33,732 bases of DNA from Planctomycetota bacterium (lineage in GTDB: Bacteria; Planctomycetota; UBA11346): positions 1 through 33,732 of the forward strand of contig DASPLE010000065.1 in assembly GCA_035627695.1 (NCBI GenBank). The letters run 5' to 3'. The first letter of the stretch is position 1. Every line of letters begins with the position of its first letter. Of this stretch, positions 1 to 11,499 are shown piece by piece. A model generated the notes under the pieces. It searched no databases, was not told the origin of the DNA, and was given only the letters and a program-made list of their open reading frames with translations. The position numbers and the translations under genes were made by a program.

Positions 1-433
1 GAGGTCGGTGCCGTCACGCGCGACGCGCAGCCAGCCGTCCCACTGGATCGACACCGCGTCCCAATCCTGGTCGCTGCCGCCGACGGCGAAGCGCGCGCGC
101 TCCTCGGGCGTGCCGGCGCGGGCGGCGACGTCGATGCGAGCGTCGCGGCGCGACCCGGCGGCGATGCCCAGCGCGCGCCAATCGTCGTGGACGGTGCCGC
201 GCAGCGATCGCGCGACGACGGTCGCTTCGAGGCCAGCCTGCGCGGACGGCTCGATCGCGAGCGTCCCTTCGAGACGCGTCGGCGCGCTCGCGACCAGGCG
301 CGCGCCAGGCGCCCGGACGGCGCGGTCGGCGCGGTCGACCGGCGACGCCAGGGCGATCTCGTCGACCGCGCCGGCCGCCACGCCCGCGGAGGCGATCAGC
401 AGGCAGGCGACGAGCCGGAACGCGCTGCGGGAC
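1..433 (-). CDS. Secreted hypothetical protein, 3'-truncated by the window edge; N-terminus MSRSAFRLVACLLIASAGVAAGAVDE is signal-peptide-like
   Basis: ATG (complement of 431..433) opens a frame that stays open to the window edge with strong GC3 bias. Hydrophobic signal-like N-terminus. Lies downstream and co-oriented with the two secreted-protein genes at 497..3323. Absent from the ORF track because the stop lies outside the window. Confidence 0.5.
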
Positions 434-496
434 ATGCGCAGGAACCTACGGCGACCGAGCCCTCGCGTCGCGGGGGAGATACCGTCGCGGCCGCCG

Positions 497-1459
497 TCAC
501 TCGTACGAGCGCACCAGCGTCGCCGGGATCGCCAGCGTCGCCCAGTCGGCCACGAGCCCGATCGCGGTGTCCATCAGGCGCCCTTCGAGGCGGCCGCCCC
601 CGACGAGCTCGACGGCGAATACCCGTTCGTCGCGCGGATGCGGCGTCAACCGCCGCACGCTGCCGGCGGGCAGGCGGTGGTCGCCGTGGGCGGTGGTCAG
701 CCGGATCTCGCCCAGCGTGCCGACCAGGAGATCGCCGCCCGACAGCCGCAGGCGCGCCGCGTCCTGAGCCGGCGCGGGTGCGCCCGCGTCGATCCCCCAG
801 TCCGCCGAGGGCGCCGCGTCGGTCGCCAGCGCCGACGCCGGCAACGTCCGGACCATGCCGCAGAGCCTGCCGCCATCGCGCAGCGTCACCGCGCCCAGCG
901 CATGCTCGACCGACGCCGGCTGGACCGCGGCGATGGTCCGCGTCGGCACGGTGAGCGCGCCGGCGGCGGTGCGCACGGTCACCGTGTCCGCCGTCCAGCG
1001 CGCGCGCAGGCGGGTCGCGCCGACGCACAGCCACGGACCGTCGTGGGTCGGAGGGCTCGACGGCGACGCCAGCGCCAGCTCGACGACGTCGGCGAGCGGG
1101 AACGAGGCGACCACGTCGGCGAGGATGGCGATGTCGATGCGCCCGTCGGCGATCAGCCCCTGGACGCGGCCGCCGTCGGCCAGCGCGATCAGCGCCAGCG
1201 CGCCGCCGTCGCGGGCGATGCCGGCGATGTCCGATCCGACGAGATCGAGCGGGCCGCAGGCGGCGACCACGCGCAGCGCGCCGATCGATGCGCGGCCGAC
1301 GACCTCGGCGCCGTCGGCGAGCCGCACGCGGTCGAGCGCGGACGCCGTCGCCACGGCGGGCGACGCCGCCGCGGGCGCGGCGTCGGCGGCGGCGATCAGC
1401 ACCTCGTCGTGGTCCACGGCGGCGGCGAGGACCAGCCCGAGGATGAGCGCGGCGTCCAT
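497..1459 (-). CDS. Secreted repeat protein of unknown function (signal peptide; repeated LxDGxRxxGxL-like motifs)
   Basis: 320-aa ORF with balanced composition and an N-terminal signal sequence (MDAALILGLVLAAAV). Internal ~20-aa repeats such as VRLADGAEVVGRASIGAL, IALADGGRVQGLIADG, VTLRDGGRLCGMV, RLSGGDLLVGTLGEI and LVGGGRLEGRLMD. Its start is adjacent to the stop of the upstream gene at 1461, so an operon is likely. Confidence 0.6.
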   Translation of the reverse strand: MDAALILGLVLAAAVDHDEVLIAAADAAPAAASPAVATASALDRVRLADGAEVVGRASIGALRVVAACGPLDLVGSDIAGIARDGGALALIALADGGRVQGLIADGRIDIAILADVVASFPLADVVELALASPSSPPTHDGPWLCVGATRLRARWTADTVTVRTAAGALTVPTRTIAAVQPASVEHALGAVTLRDGGRLCGMVRTLPASALATDAAPSADWGIDAGAPAPAQDAARLRLSGGDLLVGTLGEIRLTTAHGDHRLPAGSVRRLTPHPRDERVFAVELVGGGRLEGRLMDTAIGLVADWATLAIPATLVRSYE

Positions 1460-1460
1460 C

Positions 1461-3323
1461 TCAGAACTCCTGGCCCAGGATCAGTCCCAGGCGACGCCGC
1501 GTGCCGCGCGGCAGATCGTGGTCGGCGTAGGCCTGCTCGAGCTCGCCGCGCAGCGCGGCGCCGTGCGCCGCCAGCCATTCGCCGGCGACGCGCACGCCGG
1601 CGGCGTCGTCGCCGCCCAGCGCCGCGATGTGGGCGCGCGCCTGCTCGACCAGGGCGCGGCGCGCGCGCGCCGGCAGGTCGACGGCGATGGCGGCGAGATG
1701 CTCCTCGGCGATCGCGAGCTCGGCGCACCACGCGGTGCGCAGGCGCAGCGGCTCGGCGAGGCGGCCGTCGAGCTGCGCGCCGTCGATGAAGTGCACGCTC
1801 GCCCGGGCCCGTGCCGGGCCGATCGCCAGCGCGCGCAGCGCCGCGGGATCGATGGCGTGCGTGCCGTCGCGGCCGCCGAGCCGCAGCGCCGCCGTGAGCT
1901 GCCCGCGCACGCGATCGCCGTTGATCAGCGTGACCAGGAAGGCGCCGGCGTCGTCGGCGACCGTCGGCGGCTCGCGCTGGCGCAGGCGCGCCAGGCCGCC
2001 CAGCGGCAGCTCGCGCGCGCCGGCGGCGTCGACCACGCGCAGCGTCGCGTCGAGCGGCAGACCGGCGATGCGCGACCCGTCGCTCAGGCGCGCGATGAAC
2101 GGGCCGTCGTCGCAGCCGAGCAGCTCGACCAGCGCGTGCGCCGGGATGGCGATCTCGCCGAGCACGGTGGCGAGGCGCAGCGGCGCGGCGACCTCGCCGA
2201 GCGCGCGGCGCCCGCCGTCGATGGCCTGCCAATCCCAGGCGGCGGGCGGCGTCGGGCGTCGCGGCCGCGCCCGCATCGCCAGCGCCGCCAGGCGCGCCAC
2301 CGGCACGCTGGTCTGCGATCCCGACGGCAGGGCGATGCTCACGGTCGCGTCGGCGAGCGCGCCGACGCGCGCGTCGCCGTCGTCGCGCTGCACCAGGAAG
2401 GCGCCGCCGCCGCGGCGCACCGCGCCGGCGAGGACGCCGGCGGCGACGCGCTCGCCGCCGACCAGGGTCAGCCCGTCGGACAGCAGCGCGCCGCGCAGGC
2501 GCTCGCCGCCGACCAGGATGATGGTGTCGACGTTCGCGGCGCGCAGCGGATCGATGCCGGCGCCGGGGCCGCGCGCGTTGGCCAGCGTCAGGTTCGCGAT
2601 CCACGGCAGGCCGCGGCACAGCCGCTCGTCGTCGAGCGCCGCCGCGGTCGCGCCGGCGGCGTCGGCGCCGGGACGTACCGCCACGGCGTGGACCAGCGCC
2701 GCGCATTCGCCCGGAGCGAGCTCGACGGTGTGCTCGAGACCGACCGCCGCCGAGCCCAGGCGCAGGCTGGGCCGGCAGTCCCCCCACCACAACGCGACCG
2801 CCGGGCGCACGCGGCTGCCGAAGTGCAGCGCCGCGCCGACCTCGCGCCCGCGCGCGCCGACCCGATCGAGCCCGCGCGGCGCGTGGATGAACTGGTGCGC
2901 GACGCGGACGATGACCGCGCGCCGCGCGGCGCCGGCGTTGGCGACGACGTCCAGCCAGCGGCAGACGCCGTCGGCGCGCGACAGCTGGGCGAAGCGCGCG
3001 ACCTCGAGGCCGCCGGGCAGCGCCTGCACCGGGAACACGTACCAGGGCTCGGCGTCGTCGGCCAGACGCAGGACATGCACCGCGCCGCCGACGTAGCCCT
3101 GGTTGTCGATGGTCAGCGTCGCGGCCGACTCGAAGGCGCCGTTCTCCTCGACCGCCTGCTCGGCGAGCGCGCCATCCGACGCCAGGCGCCAGGCGCAGCC
3201 GTCGGCGTCGACCAGCACGTCGTCGGGCAGCGCGAGGTCGCCCGGCGGCAGGTCGAGCGCGCCCGCGGACGCCGTCAGCGCCAGCCACACCACCACCCGC
3301 AGGATCCGTCGCCGATCGGCCAT
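1461..3323 (-). CDS. Secreted repeat protein of unknown function, paralogous in repeat content to 497..1459
   Basis: Minus-strand ORF 1461..3602. The internal ATG (complement of 3321..3323) gives MADRRRILRVVVWLALTASAGALD, a clean signal peptide, so the start is most likely 3323. The same repeat motif recurs: LVGGERLRGALLSDGLTLVGGERVAAGVL, LINGDRVRGQLTAALRLGG, RLSDGSRIAGLPLDATLRV and FIDGAQLDGRLAEPLRL. The overlapping plus-strand ORFs 855..3434 and 1627..3096 are R/S/A-rich artefacts. Confidence 0.6.
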   Translation of the reverse strand: MADRRRILRVVVWLALTASAGALDLPPGDLALPDDVLVDADGCAWRLASDGALAEQAVEENGAFESAATLTIDNQGYVGGAVHVLRLADDAEPWYVFPVQALPGGLEVARFAQLSRADGVCRWLDVVANAGAARRAVIVRVAHQFIHAPRGLDRVGARGREVGAALHFGSRVRPAVALWWGDCRPSLRLGSAAVGLEHTVELAPGECAALVHAVAVRPGADAAGATAAALDDERLCRGLPWIANLTLANARGPGAGIDPLRAANVDTIILVGGERLRGALLSDGLTLVGGERVAAGVLAGAVRRGGGAFLVQRDDGDARVGALADATVSIALPSGSQTSVPVARLAALAMRARPRRPTPPAAWDWQAIDGGRRALGEVAAPLRLATVLGEIAIPAHALVELLGCDDGPFIARLSDGSRIAGLPLDATLRVVDAAGARELPLGGLARLRQREPPTVADDAGAFLVTLINGDRVRGQLTAALRLGGRDGTHAIDPAALRALAIGPARARASVHFIDGAQLDGRLAEPLRLRTAWCAELAIAEEHLAAIAVDLPARARRALVEQARAHIAALGGDDAAGVRVAGEWLAAHGAALRGELEQAYADHDLPRGTRRRLGLILGQEF

Positions 3324-3582
3324 CGCGGCCCCCGACCAGTGTACCCCGCGCGGCGACGCCCGACGCGCGGCGCCTGGCCGGATGGCGCAAGCGCCGCCGC
3401 CAGAAGCCCCTGGCGAGCAGCGGACTGGCTTTAGGCTCTGCCCTCGATGCGCCCGTTCCCGGTATCGCCCGTAACGATCGTATCGACCTGATCGCACGCC
3501 GACTCCGTTGCACGTACCGGGGCGGCCAGCCGGCCGCCCCGCGCGTTTTTCCATCCCCTGCCAATCCCCCGCCGAGACGCCC

Positions 3583-6306
<2,724 letters not shown>

Positions 6307-6315
6307 GCGCGGTCG

Positions 6316-6346
6316 GCGCCGCCGCCTGACGCTGGACCGGCGGCGG
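6316..6346 (+). terminator. GC-rich stem-loop (9-bp stem cgccgccgcc/ggcggcggcg, 11-nt loop) 10 nt after the valS stop; candidate terminator without a clean U-tract
   Basis: Inverted repeat at 6316..6325 and 6337..6346, read directly from the sequence. Only a weak T-run (tcattt) follows. Confidence 0.3.
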
Positions 6347-6496
6347 TCAGCCAGGGTCATTTCGGCCGCCCGGCTGTCCGGCAATGCGTCAGGGTGTCCG
6401 CCGGACGGACAGCGGCCGTCGCCCGCTGTCCTGGAAGCCGACTGCCGGTGGCACACGGGTGCGACGTACAGTTGGCGCGAATCGAGCAAGCCTTTT

Positions 6497-6510
6497 GCTT
6501 CAAATGAAGC
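6497..6510 (+). promoter_or_regulatory. 14-bp perfect palindrome gcttcaAAtgaagc, 25 nt upstream of the surface-protein start codon; operator-like
   Basis: Perfect 6-bp inverted repeat with a 2-nt spacer, in the AT-richer stretch (ccttttgcttcaaatgaagc) of the valS/6535 intergenic region. Confidence 0.3.
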
Positions 6511-6534
6511 GTCGGGCGGCATGATCGCACGCCC

Positions 6535-8976
6535 ATGCGAAGCTATCCGACCCGCTTTTCGATCCATTTCCTGCGGTCCATCGTCGCGCTGATCGTGCTG
6601 AGCGCTCACGGCCACACCGCGGTGCACACCTGGACCGGCCTGGGTGCGAACGGCAACTGGGCCACGACCGCGAACTGGAGCGGCAACGCGCCGCCGGTCG
6701 CGGGCGGCAGCATCGTGTTCCCGGCGGGGGCCAGCCGGAAGATGAACTTCAACAACCTGGCGCCGAACATCAGCTTCACCTCGCTGACCGTGTCGGCTGC
6801 GGGCTACCAGATCTCGGGCAACGGCATCACGCTGACCTCGGCGCTGCGTTCGACCGACTTTGGCAGCGGCTCGCGCATCCAGCTCTGGATCAACCTCTTC
6901 GGCAGCGGTGACGTGACGTTCGAGGTCGCGGATCTGCTCGAGTTGTCCGGAGTCATCAGCGGCGGTGGCCCGCACCTGGTCAAGACCGGCGACGGCGAGG
7001 TCGTGTTCAGCGGCAACAACTCGTACCAGCGCCTGACCGACATCCGGGCCGGCATCCTCAGCTTCACCACGAGCGGTGGCCTGGGCAGCACCGTCAATCC
7101 GACCTGGATCCGCCGCGGCGCGACCCTGGCCGTCGGCGCGGGAGCGGAGAGCGCAGAGCGGCTCGAGTTCTATCCTCTCGACGGCAGCGCGGAACTCCTC
7201 GCCTACGGCCTCGGCGGCACCTTCACCGACGCCGTCTACCTCGACGGCGGGACGACGACCTTCAATGCCCGCGATGGTGCGACCCTGCTGACTCTCAGGG
7301 GCGTCATCTCTGGCGCCGGCGGCTTCAGCCAGACCGGGACCGGGACGGTCCACCTCGCTGGCACGTCGGCCAACACCTTCGCCGGGGAAGCGCGCGTGGA
7401 CTCGGGAACGCTGCTGCTGCAGAACGCGCTGCCGCCCGGCGAGTCCGGGGTGCCGCACGCGGTGCCCGGTCCCCTGACCATCGGCGACGGCGCGGGCGGC
7501 ACGGCGACCGTGCGCCTGGACGCAGCCGACCAGATCGCCGACCTGTCGCGGGTTGCGATCGCCAGCGACGGCCGCCTCGAACTCGCCGCCGGGAGCGAGA
7601 CCATCGGTTCGCTCGCCGGCAGCGGCGCGATCGCCCTCGGCGGCGACCTGCGCTGCGGCGACGCGACCGATACCACCTACGCCGGCGTGCTCAGCGGTCC
7701 CGGCGGCGTGACCAAGATCGGCACCGGCGCGCTCGTGCTCGCTGGCGCCAGCGTGAACACCGGCGTCACCGAGGTGGTTCAGGGCACGCTGAGCGTCGCC
7801 GGCTCGCTGACCGGGCGCATCGAGGTCCTCGGCGGCACGCTGGCGGGCAGCGGATCGGTCGGCGGGATCAGCGTCGCCAGCGGCGCGGTCCTGGCGCCGG
7901 GTGGCGATGATGTCGGCGCGCTCGGCTGCGCCGGCGACGCCCTGCTCGACAGCGGAGCGGTCCTCGCCGTGCGCCTGCAGGGCACGACGCCGGCAACCGG
8001 CCACGACCAGGTCGACATCACCGGCGCGCTGGAGCTGCGCGGCGCGCTCGCCCTGACCCTGGCCTTCGCGCCGGCGGTCGGCGACACCTTCGTCATCCTG
8101 CGCAACGATGGCGCCGATGCCGTCGGTGGCGCGTTCGCCGGCCTGGGCGAAGGCGCGACGCTCAGCCTCGGCGGCGCCGACTTCGCCATCACCTACGCTG
8201 GCGGCGATGGCAACGACGTCGTCCTCGCGTGCACCGCGAACGCCGGCGCGCGCGATGGCACGTCGATCGCGGTGACCTCCTCGGCGCAACCCGCCGTGGT
8301 CGGCCAGACGGTGGTGCTCACCGCCACGGTGACGCCGCAGAGCGGCGGCACGCCGACCGGCGCGGTGACCTTCCGCGACGGCGTCGTGGTGCTCGGCAGC
8401 GACGACCTCGATACCGGCGCGGTCGCCACGTGGACGGGGATCCTCGCGCGGGGCGAGCATGACATCACCGCGACCTATGCCGGCGACGACGATTTCGCCG
8501 ACAGCGCCTCGTCGACGCTGGTCCAGACGGTCGCGCAGGGCATCGCCTCGGTGACGATCGCCGCGAGCGCGAATCCGGTGCCGAGCGGCACCGCGCCGAC
8601 CATCACCGTCACCGTCGCCGGCGCGGCGCCCGGCGGCGGCGTCGGCAGCGGCCAGGTCGTCGCCTCCATCGAGGACGATGGCGGCGTGGTCTCGCACATC
8701 ATCATCGCTGACGCCGATGGCGCGGGCCAGGTGAGCTTCGTGGCCGACGATCTGACGGTCGGTACGCACATCGTCACCGCGCGCTTCAACGGGAGCGCCG
8801 ACCATGCCGCCGCGGACGCGTCGCCCTACGTGCTGACGGTCGAAGCGTCCGTGACGCCGCCGATCACCGGCGGCGGCGGCGGCGGTGGCGGCGGTGGCGG
8901 CGGCGGCTGCGGGACCGGGGGCGGGTTCATCGTCGCGACGGCGCTGGCCCTGGCGCTGGCACGGCGCATGCGCTGA
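6535..8976 (+). CDS. Large cell-surface protein: signal peptide, autotransporter-associated beta-strand (PATR) repeats, Ig-like domains, C-terminal MYXO-CTERM sorting signal
   Basis: Signal peptide MRSYPTRFSIHFLRSIVALIVLSAHG. Repeated G-x-G-x-L-x-K-x-G-x-G-x-L-x-L-x-G-x-N-T-Y-x-G motifs, for example VTKIGTGALVLAGASVNTGVTEVVQGTLSVAG. Ig-like segments (VTFRDGVVVLGS...TATYAGDDDFADS). C-terminus GGGGGGGGGGGGCGTGGGFIVATALALALARRMR has the invariant Cys, Gly-rich stretch, TM helix and Arg-rich end of the Myxococcales MYXO-CTERM signal. Confidence 0.8.
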   Translation: MRSYPTRFSIHFLRSIVALIVLSAHGHTAVHTWTGLGANGNWATTANWSGNAPPVAGGSIVFPAGASRKMNFNNLAPNISFTSLTVSAAGYQISGNGITLTSALRSTDFGSGSRIQLWINLFGSGDVTFEVADLLELSGVISGGGPHLVKTGDGEVVFSGNNSYQRLTDIRAGILSFTTSGGLGSTVNPTWIRRGATLAVGAGAESAERLEFYPLDGSAELLAYGLGGTFTDAVYLDGGTTTFNARDGATLLTLRGVISGAGGFSQTGTGTVHLAGTSANTFAGEARVDSGTLLLQNALPPGESGVPHAVPGPLTIGDGAGGTATVRLDAADQIADLSRVAIASDGRLELAAGSETIGSLAGSGAIALGGDLRCGDATDTTYAGVLSGPGGVTKIGTGALVLAGASVNTGVTEVVQGTLSVAGSLTGRIEVLGGTLAGSGSVGGISVASGAVLAPGGDDVGALGCAGDALLDSGAVLAVRLQGTTPATGHDQVDITGALELRGALALTLAFAPAVGDTFVILRNDGADAVGGAFAGLGEGATLSLGGADFAITYAGGDGNDVVLACTANAGARDGTSIAVTSSAQPAVVGQTVVLTATVTPQSGGTPTGAVTFRDGVVVLGSDDLDTGAVATWTGILARGEHDITATYAGDDDFADSASSTLVQTVAQGIASVTIAASANPVPSGTAPTITVTVAGAAPGGGVGSGQVVASIEDDGGVVSHIIIADADGAGQVSFVADDLTVGTHIVTARFNGSADHAAADASPYVLTVEASVTPPITGGGGGGGGGGGGGCGTGGGFIVATALALALARRMR
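8869..8904 (+). repeat. (GGC/GGT)12 trinucleotide microsatellite encoding Gly12 immediately before the MYXO-CTERM cysteine
   Basis: Twelve consecutive GGY codons at 8869..8904, followed by TGC (Cys) at 8905..8907. Confidence 0.9.
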
Positions 8977-8988
8977 GGCGGCGTCGCG

Positions 8989-11454
8989 ATGCGGCATCCG
9001 GACGGCGCGCCAGCCCGCGCGGAGGTTGCCAGCGGGCCCGGATGGGGACACTGCGCGGGCACTCCCGTGACCTCGCCCAAACCATCCGATCCGGCGAACA
9101 ACAACACCCATGCGACGAGCTGGGTCGAGCCGGACGCGACGGCTGCCGCCCCCGCTAGCGACGAAGGCACGGCGCGCACCCGGGTGATGGGCAAGACCGA
9201 GGCGCTGATCGCCGCCGGGCCGGTCGTCGGCAAGCGCTTCGGCGACTTCCTGCTGATGCGCGAGATCGGCCGCGGCGGCATGGGCGCGGTCTTCGAGGCG
9301 CGCCAGATCGGCCTCGACCGCCGCGTCGCGCTCAAGCTCATGCTGCGCCCCGAGCCGGTGATGCGCGAGCGCTTCACGCGCGAGGCCAAGGCGCTGGCGC
9401 TGGTCGATTCGCCGCACGTCGTGAAGGTCCACCACGCCGGCCAGATCGGCGACGACCTCTACTTCGCCATGGAGTTCGTCGACGGCACCGACCTGGCCCT
9501 GCGCCTGCGCGCCGGCTGGCGCCCGACCCATGCCGAGGCCGTGAACCTCATCCTGCAGGCGGCGCGCGGCCTCGCGGCGGCGGCCGCGCACGGACTCATC
9601 CATCGCGACATCAAGCCGGGCAACCTGATCCTGGCCGCCGACGGGACGCTCAAGGTCGCCGACTTCGGCCTGGTGCGCATGGCCAGCGAGGGCGAGCAGC
9701 TCACCCAGACCGGGACCGTCATGGGTACGGTCAACTACTTCAGCCCCGAGCAGGGCATGGGCGGGCGCTGCGATCCGCGCTCGGACATCTATTCGCTGGG
9801 CGTGGTCTTCTATGAGCTGCTGACCGGCGTGCTGCCGTTCCACGGCGAGAGCGCGGCGGCGATCATCTACCAGCACGTGCACGTCGAACCGCGCGCGCCG
9901 CAGAACGTCGATCCGACGATCCCCGCCGCGTGCCAGGCCGTCGTCCTGCGCTGCCTGCACAAGCGCGCGACCGAGCGCTACCAGAACGCCAACGAGCTGA
10001 TCGCCGCGCTGGCGCTGATCGACACGCGCACGCCGCCGAAGCCACGCCGATCGCGACGGTCGGCGACCGCGGCCGCGTTGGCGGCGATCCTGCTGATCGC
10101 CGGCGTCGGCGCGTGGGGATGGCATGTCCGCGCTGACGCCGCGGCGCCCGCGACGGATCCGGCGATCGGCGTCGCGGTGCCTGCCGACCTCGCGCCCGCG
10201 GTCGGCGCCGATCGCGAGGGTCCGCCCGCGGATGTGGCGACCTCGCTCCGCGATCCGCTGCGCGTCGCCGCGGAGAGCCTGGCGCCAGCCGAACCCGAGC
10301 CGCCGAGCGACACCCCCGTCGTCCAGGCGCCGGACGCGACGCCGCCGACGCTGGTCGACGCGCCGGTCGACGCGACGCCGCCCGACGCGGCGCTCGCGGC
10401 CATCGCACCGACCACCGGGACCGAGCCGACCGAGGCGCCGGCCGACCTACCTGCCGAAACCGTCGCCGAGGATCCGCCCGCAACGCCCGCCGATACCCCT
10501 GAGCCTCCGGTCGATCACCCCGCGGCGCCGGTCGAGCCGATCGTCGCACCGGTCGCGGCCGTCACGGCCACGGTCGAAGCGGCCGTCGCGCCGATCGAGC
10601 AGGTCGTCGCCGCGGTGCTGCCGCCGACGCCGCCCGCGCCGCCGGTCGAAGAGCCGCGCGCCGCCGAGCCGGCCGTCGTGCCGACGGTCCCGGCTGTCCC
10701 GGCGAAGGACCCGTCCCAACCCAGCGCGCCGCCGGGGCTCGGCGAGGTGGCGCGCGACGCCTACGGCTGGCACGCCGACCTGGTCGTCGATGGCGTCGCG
10801 CTGCGGTTCCGCTGGTGCCCTCCCGGCGAGTTCGAGATGGGCTCGCGCCAGCGCAACGCCGCGCGCCGCGGCGAGGCGGCGCACCGCGTACGCCTGAACA
10901 GCGGCTTCTGGCTCGCCGAGAGCGAGACCCCGCAGGCGTTCTGGGCGAGGATCATGCGCGATCAGCCGAGCAAGATGCGCGGCGAGCAGCTGCCGACGCA
11001 CAACCTGTCGTTCGCCGACTGCACCACCTTCCTGACCCTGCTGGGCGAGCGCTTCCCCGGGCTCGCGCCGCGTCTGCCGTGGGAGTACGAGTGGGAGTAC
11101 GCCTGCCGCGCCGGCGGCGTCGTCGGCGGGGACGAGCAGGATGCGCAGGCCAACATCGCCGAACGGCATCGGCGCCTGCTGCCGGTCGCCGATGGCGCGC
11201 CCAACCAGTGGGGACTGCGCCACATGATCGGCAACGTCGCCGAGTGGTGCGCCGATTCGTACGCGCCGATCACCCTGGCCGGAGCGGTGACCGATCCGCG
11301 CCCGACCGGCGGCAAGCTCAGCGTCTGCCGCGGCGGATGCTGGGAGGACGATCCCGAGGTCAGCCGGCCGGCGAGCCGTCGCGATATGGACCCCGGCTAC
11401 GGGCGCACGGCGAGCACCGGCCTGCGCATAGCACTCGACGCTCCGGCGCCCTGA
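8989..11454 (+). CDS. Receptor-type Ser/Thr protein kinase with one TM helix, Pro/Ala-rich linker and extracellular FGE-sulfatase (formylglycine-generating-enzyme-like, DUF323) domain
   Basis: Hanks-type kinase motifs: GRGGMGAVFEA, VALKLM, HRDIKPGNLIL, DFG, and SPE near GTVNYFSPEQ. TM segment AAALAAILLIAGVGAWGW. Long P/A/T-rich linker. C-terminal FGE/SUMF1-like block (RFRWCPPGEFEMGS...HRVRLNSGFWLAESETPQAFW...NQWGLRHMIGNVAEWCADSY...GGCW). Start is either ATG 8989, 12 nt after the upstream stop with a GAGG 10 nt upstream, or ATG 9187, 20 aa before the Gly-loop. Confidence 0.8.
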   Translation: MRHPDGAPARAEVASGPGWGHCAGTPVTSPKPSDPANNNTHATSWVEPDATAAAPASDEGTARTRVMGKTEALIAAGPVVGKRFGDFLLMREIGRGGMGAVFEARQIGLDRRVALKLMLRPEPVMRERFTREAKALALVDSPHVVKVHHAGQIGDDLYFAMEFVDGTDLALRLRAGWRPTHAEAVNLILQAARGLAAAAAHGLIHRDIKPGNLILAADGTLKVADFGLVRMASEGEQLTQTGTVMGTVNYFSPEQGMGGRCDPRSDIYSLGVVFYELLTGVLPFHGESAAAIIYQHVHVEPRAPQNVDPTIPAACQAVVLRCLHKRATERYQNANELIAALALIDTRTPPKPRRSRRSATAAALAAILLIAGVGAWGWHVRADAAAPATDPAIGVAVPADLAPAVGADREGPPADVATSLRDPLRVAAESLAPAEPEPPSDTPVVQAPDATPPTLVDAPVDATPPDAALAAIAPTTGTEPTEAPADLPAETVAEDPPATPADTPEPPVDHPAAPVEPIVAPVAAVTATVEAAVAPIEQVVAAVLPPTPPAPPVEEPRAAEPAVVPTVPAVPAKDPSQPSAPPGLGEVARDAYGWHADLVVDGVALRFRWCPPGEFEMGSRQRNAARRGEAAHRVRLNSGFWLAESETPQAFWARIMRDQPSKMRGEQLPTHNLSFADCTTFLTLLGERFPGLAPRLPWEYEWEYACRAGGVVGGDEQDAQANIAERHRRLLPVADGAPNQWGLRHMIGNVAEWCADSYAPITLAGAVTDPRPTGGKLSVCRGGCWEDDPEVSRPASRRDMDPGYGRTASTGLRIALDAPAP

Positions 11455-11499
11455 ATTCCGTTGTCGTCACGGTCGCGCCCGCGATCGTCCGCGGCTCCG

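Noticed and set aside
855-3434. 859-aa and 489-aa plus-strand ORFs opposite the secreted-protein genes
   Set aside because: Low-complexity R/S/A-rich products. The minus-strand frames encode proteins with clean signal peptides and a structured repeat motif.
8989-9186. N-terminal 66-aa extension of the Ser/Thr kinase versus an internal ATG at 9187
   Set aside because: Not rejected outright. Both starts are possible. I kept the longer one because it has a plausible GAGG Shine-Dalgarno and a 12-nt gap to the upstream gene, whereas 9187 has no RBS. Confidence in the exact start is low.
9863-10897. Several ORFs (228 aa minus, 257 aa plus) inside the Pro/Ala-rich linker region of the kinase gene
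   Set aside because: They translate the same low-complexity GC-rich tract in other frames (poly-R, poly-P, poly-S). There is no independent evidence for them, and the kinase frame is continuous through this region.
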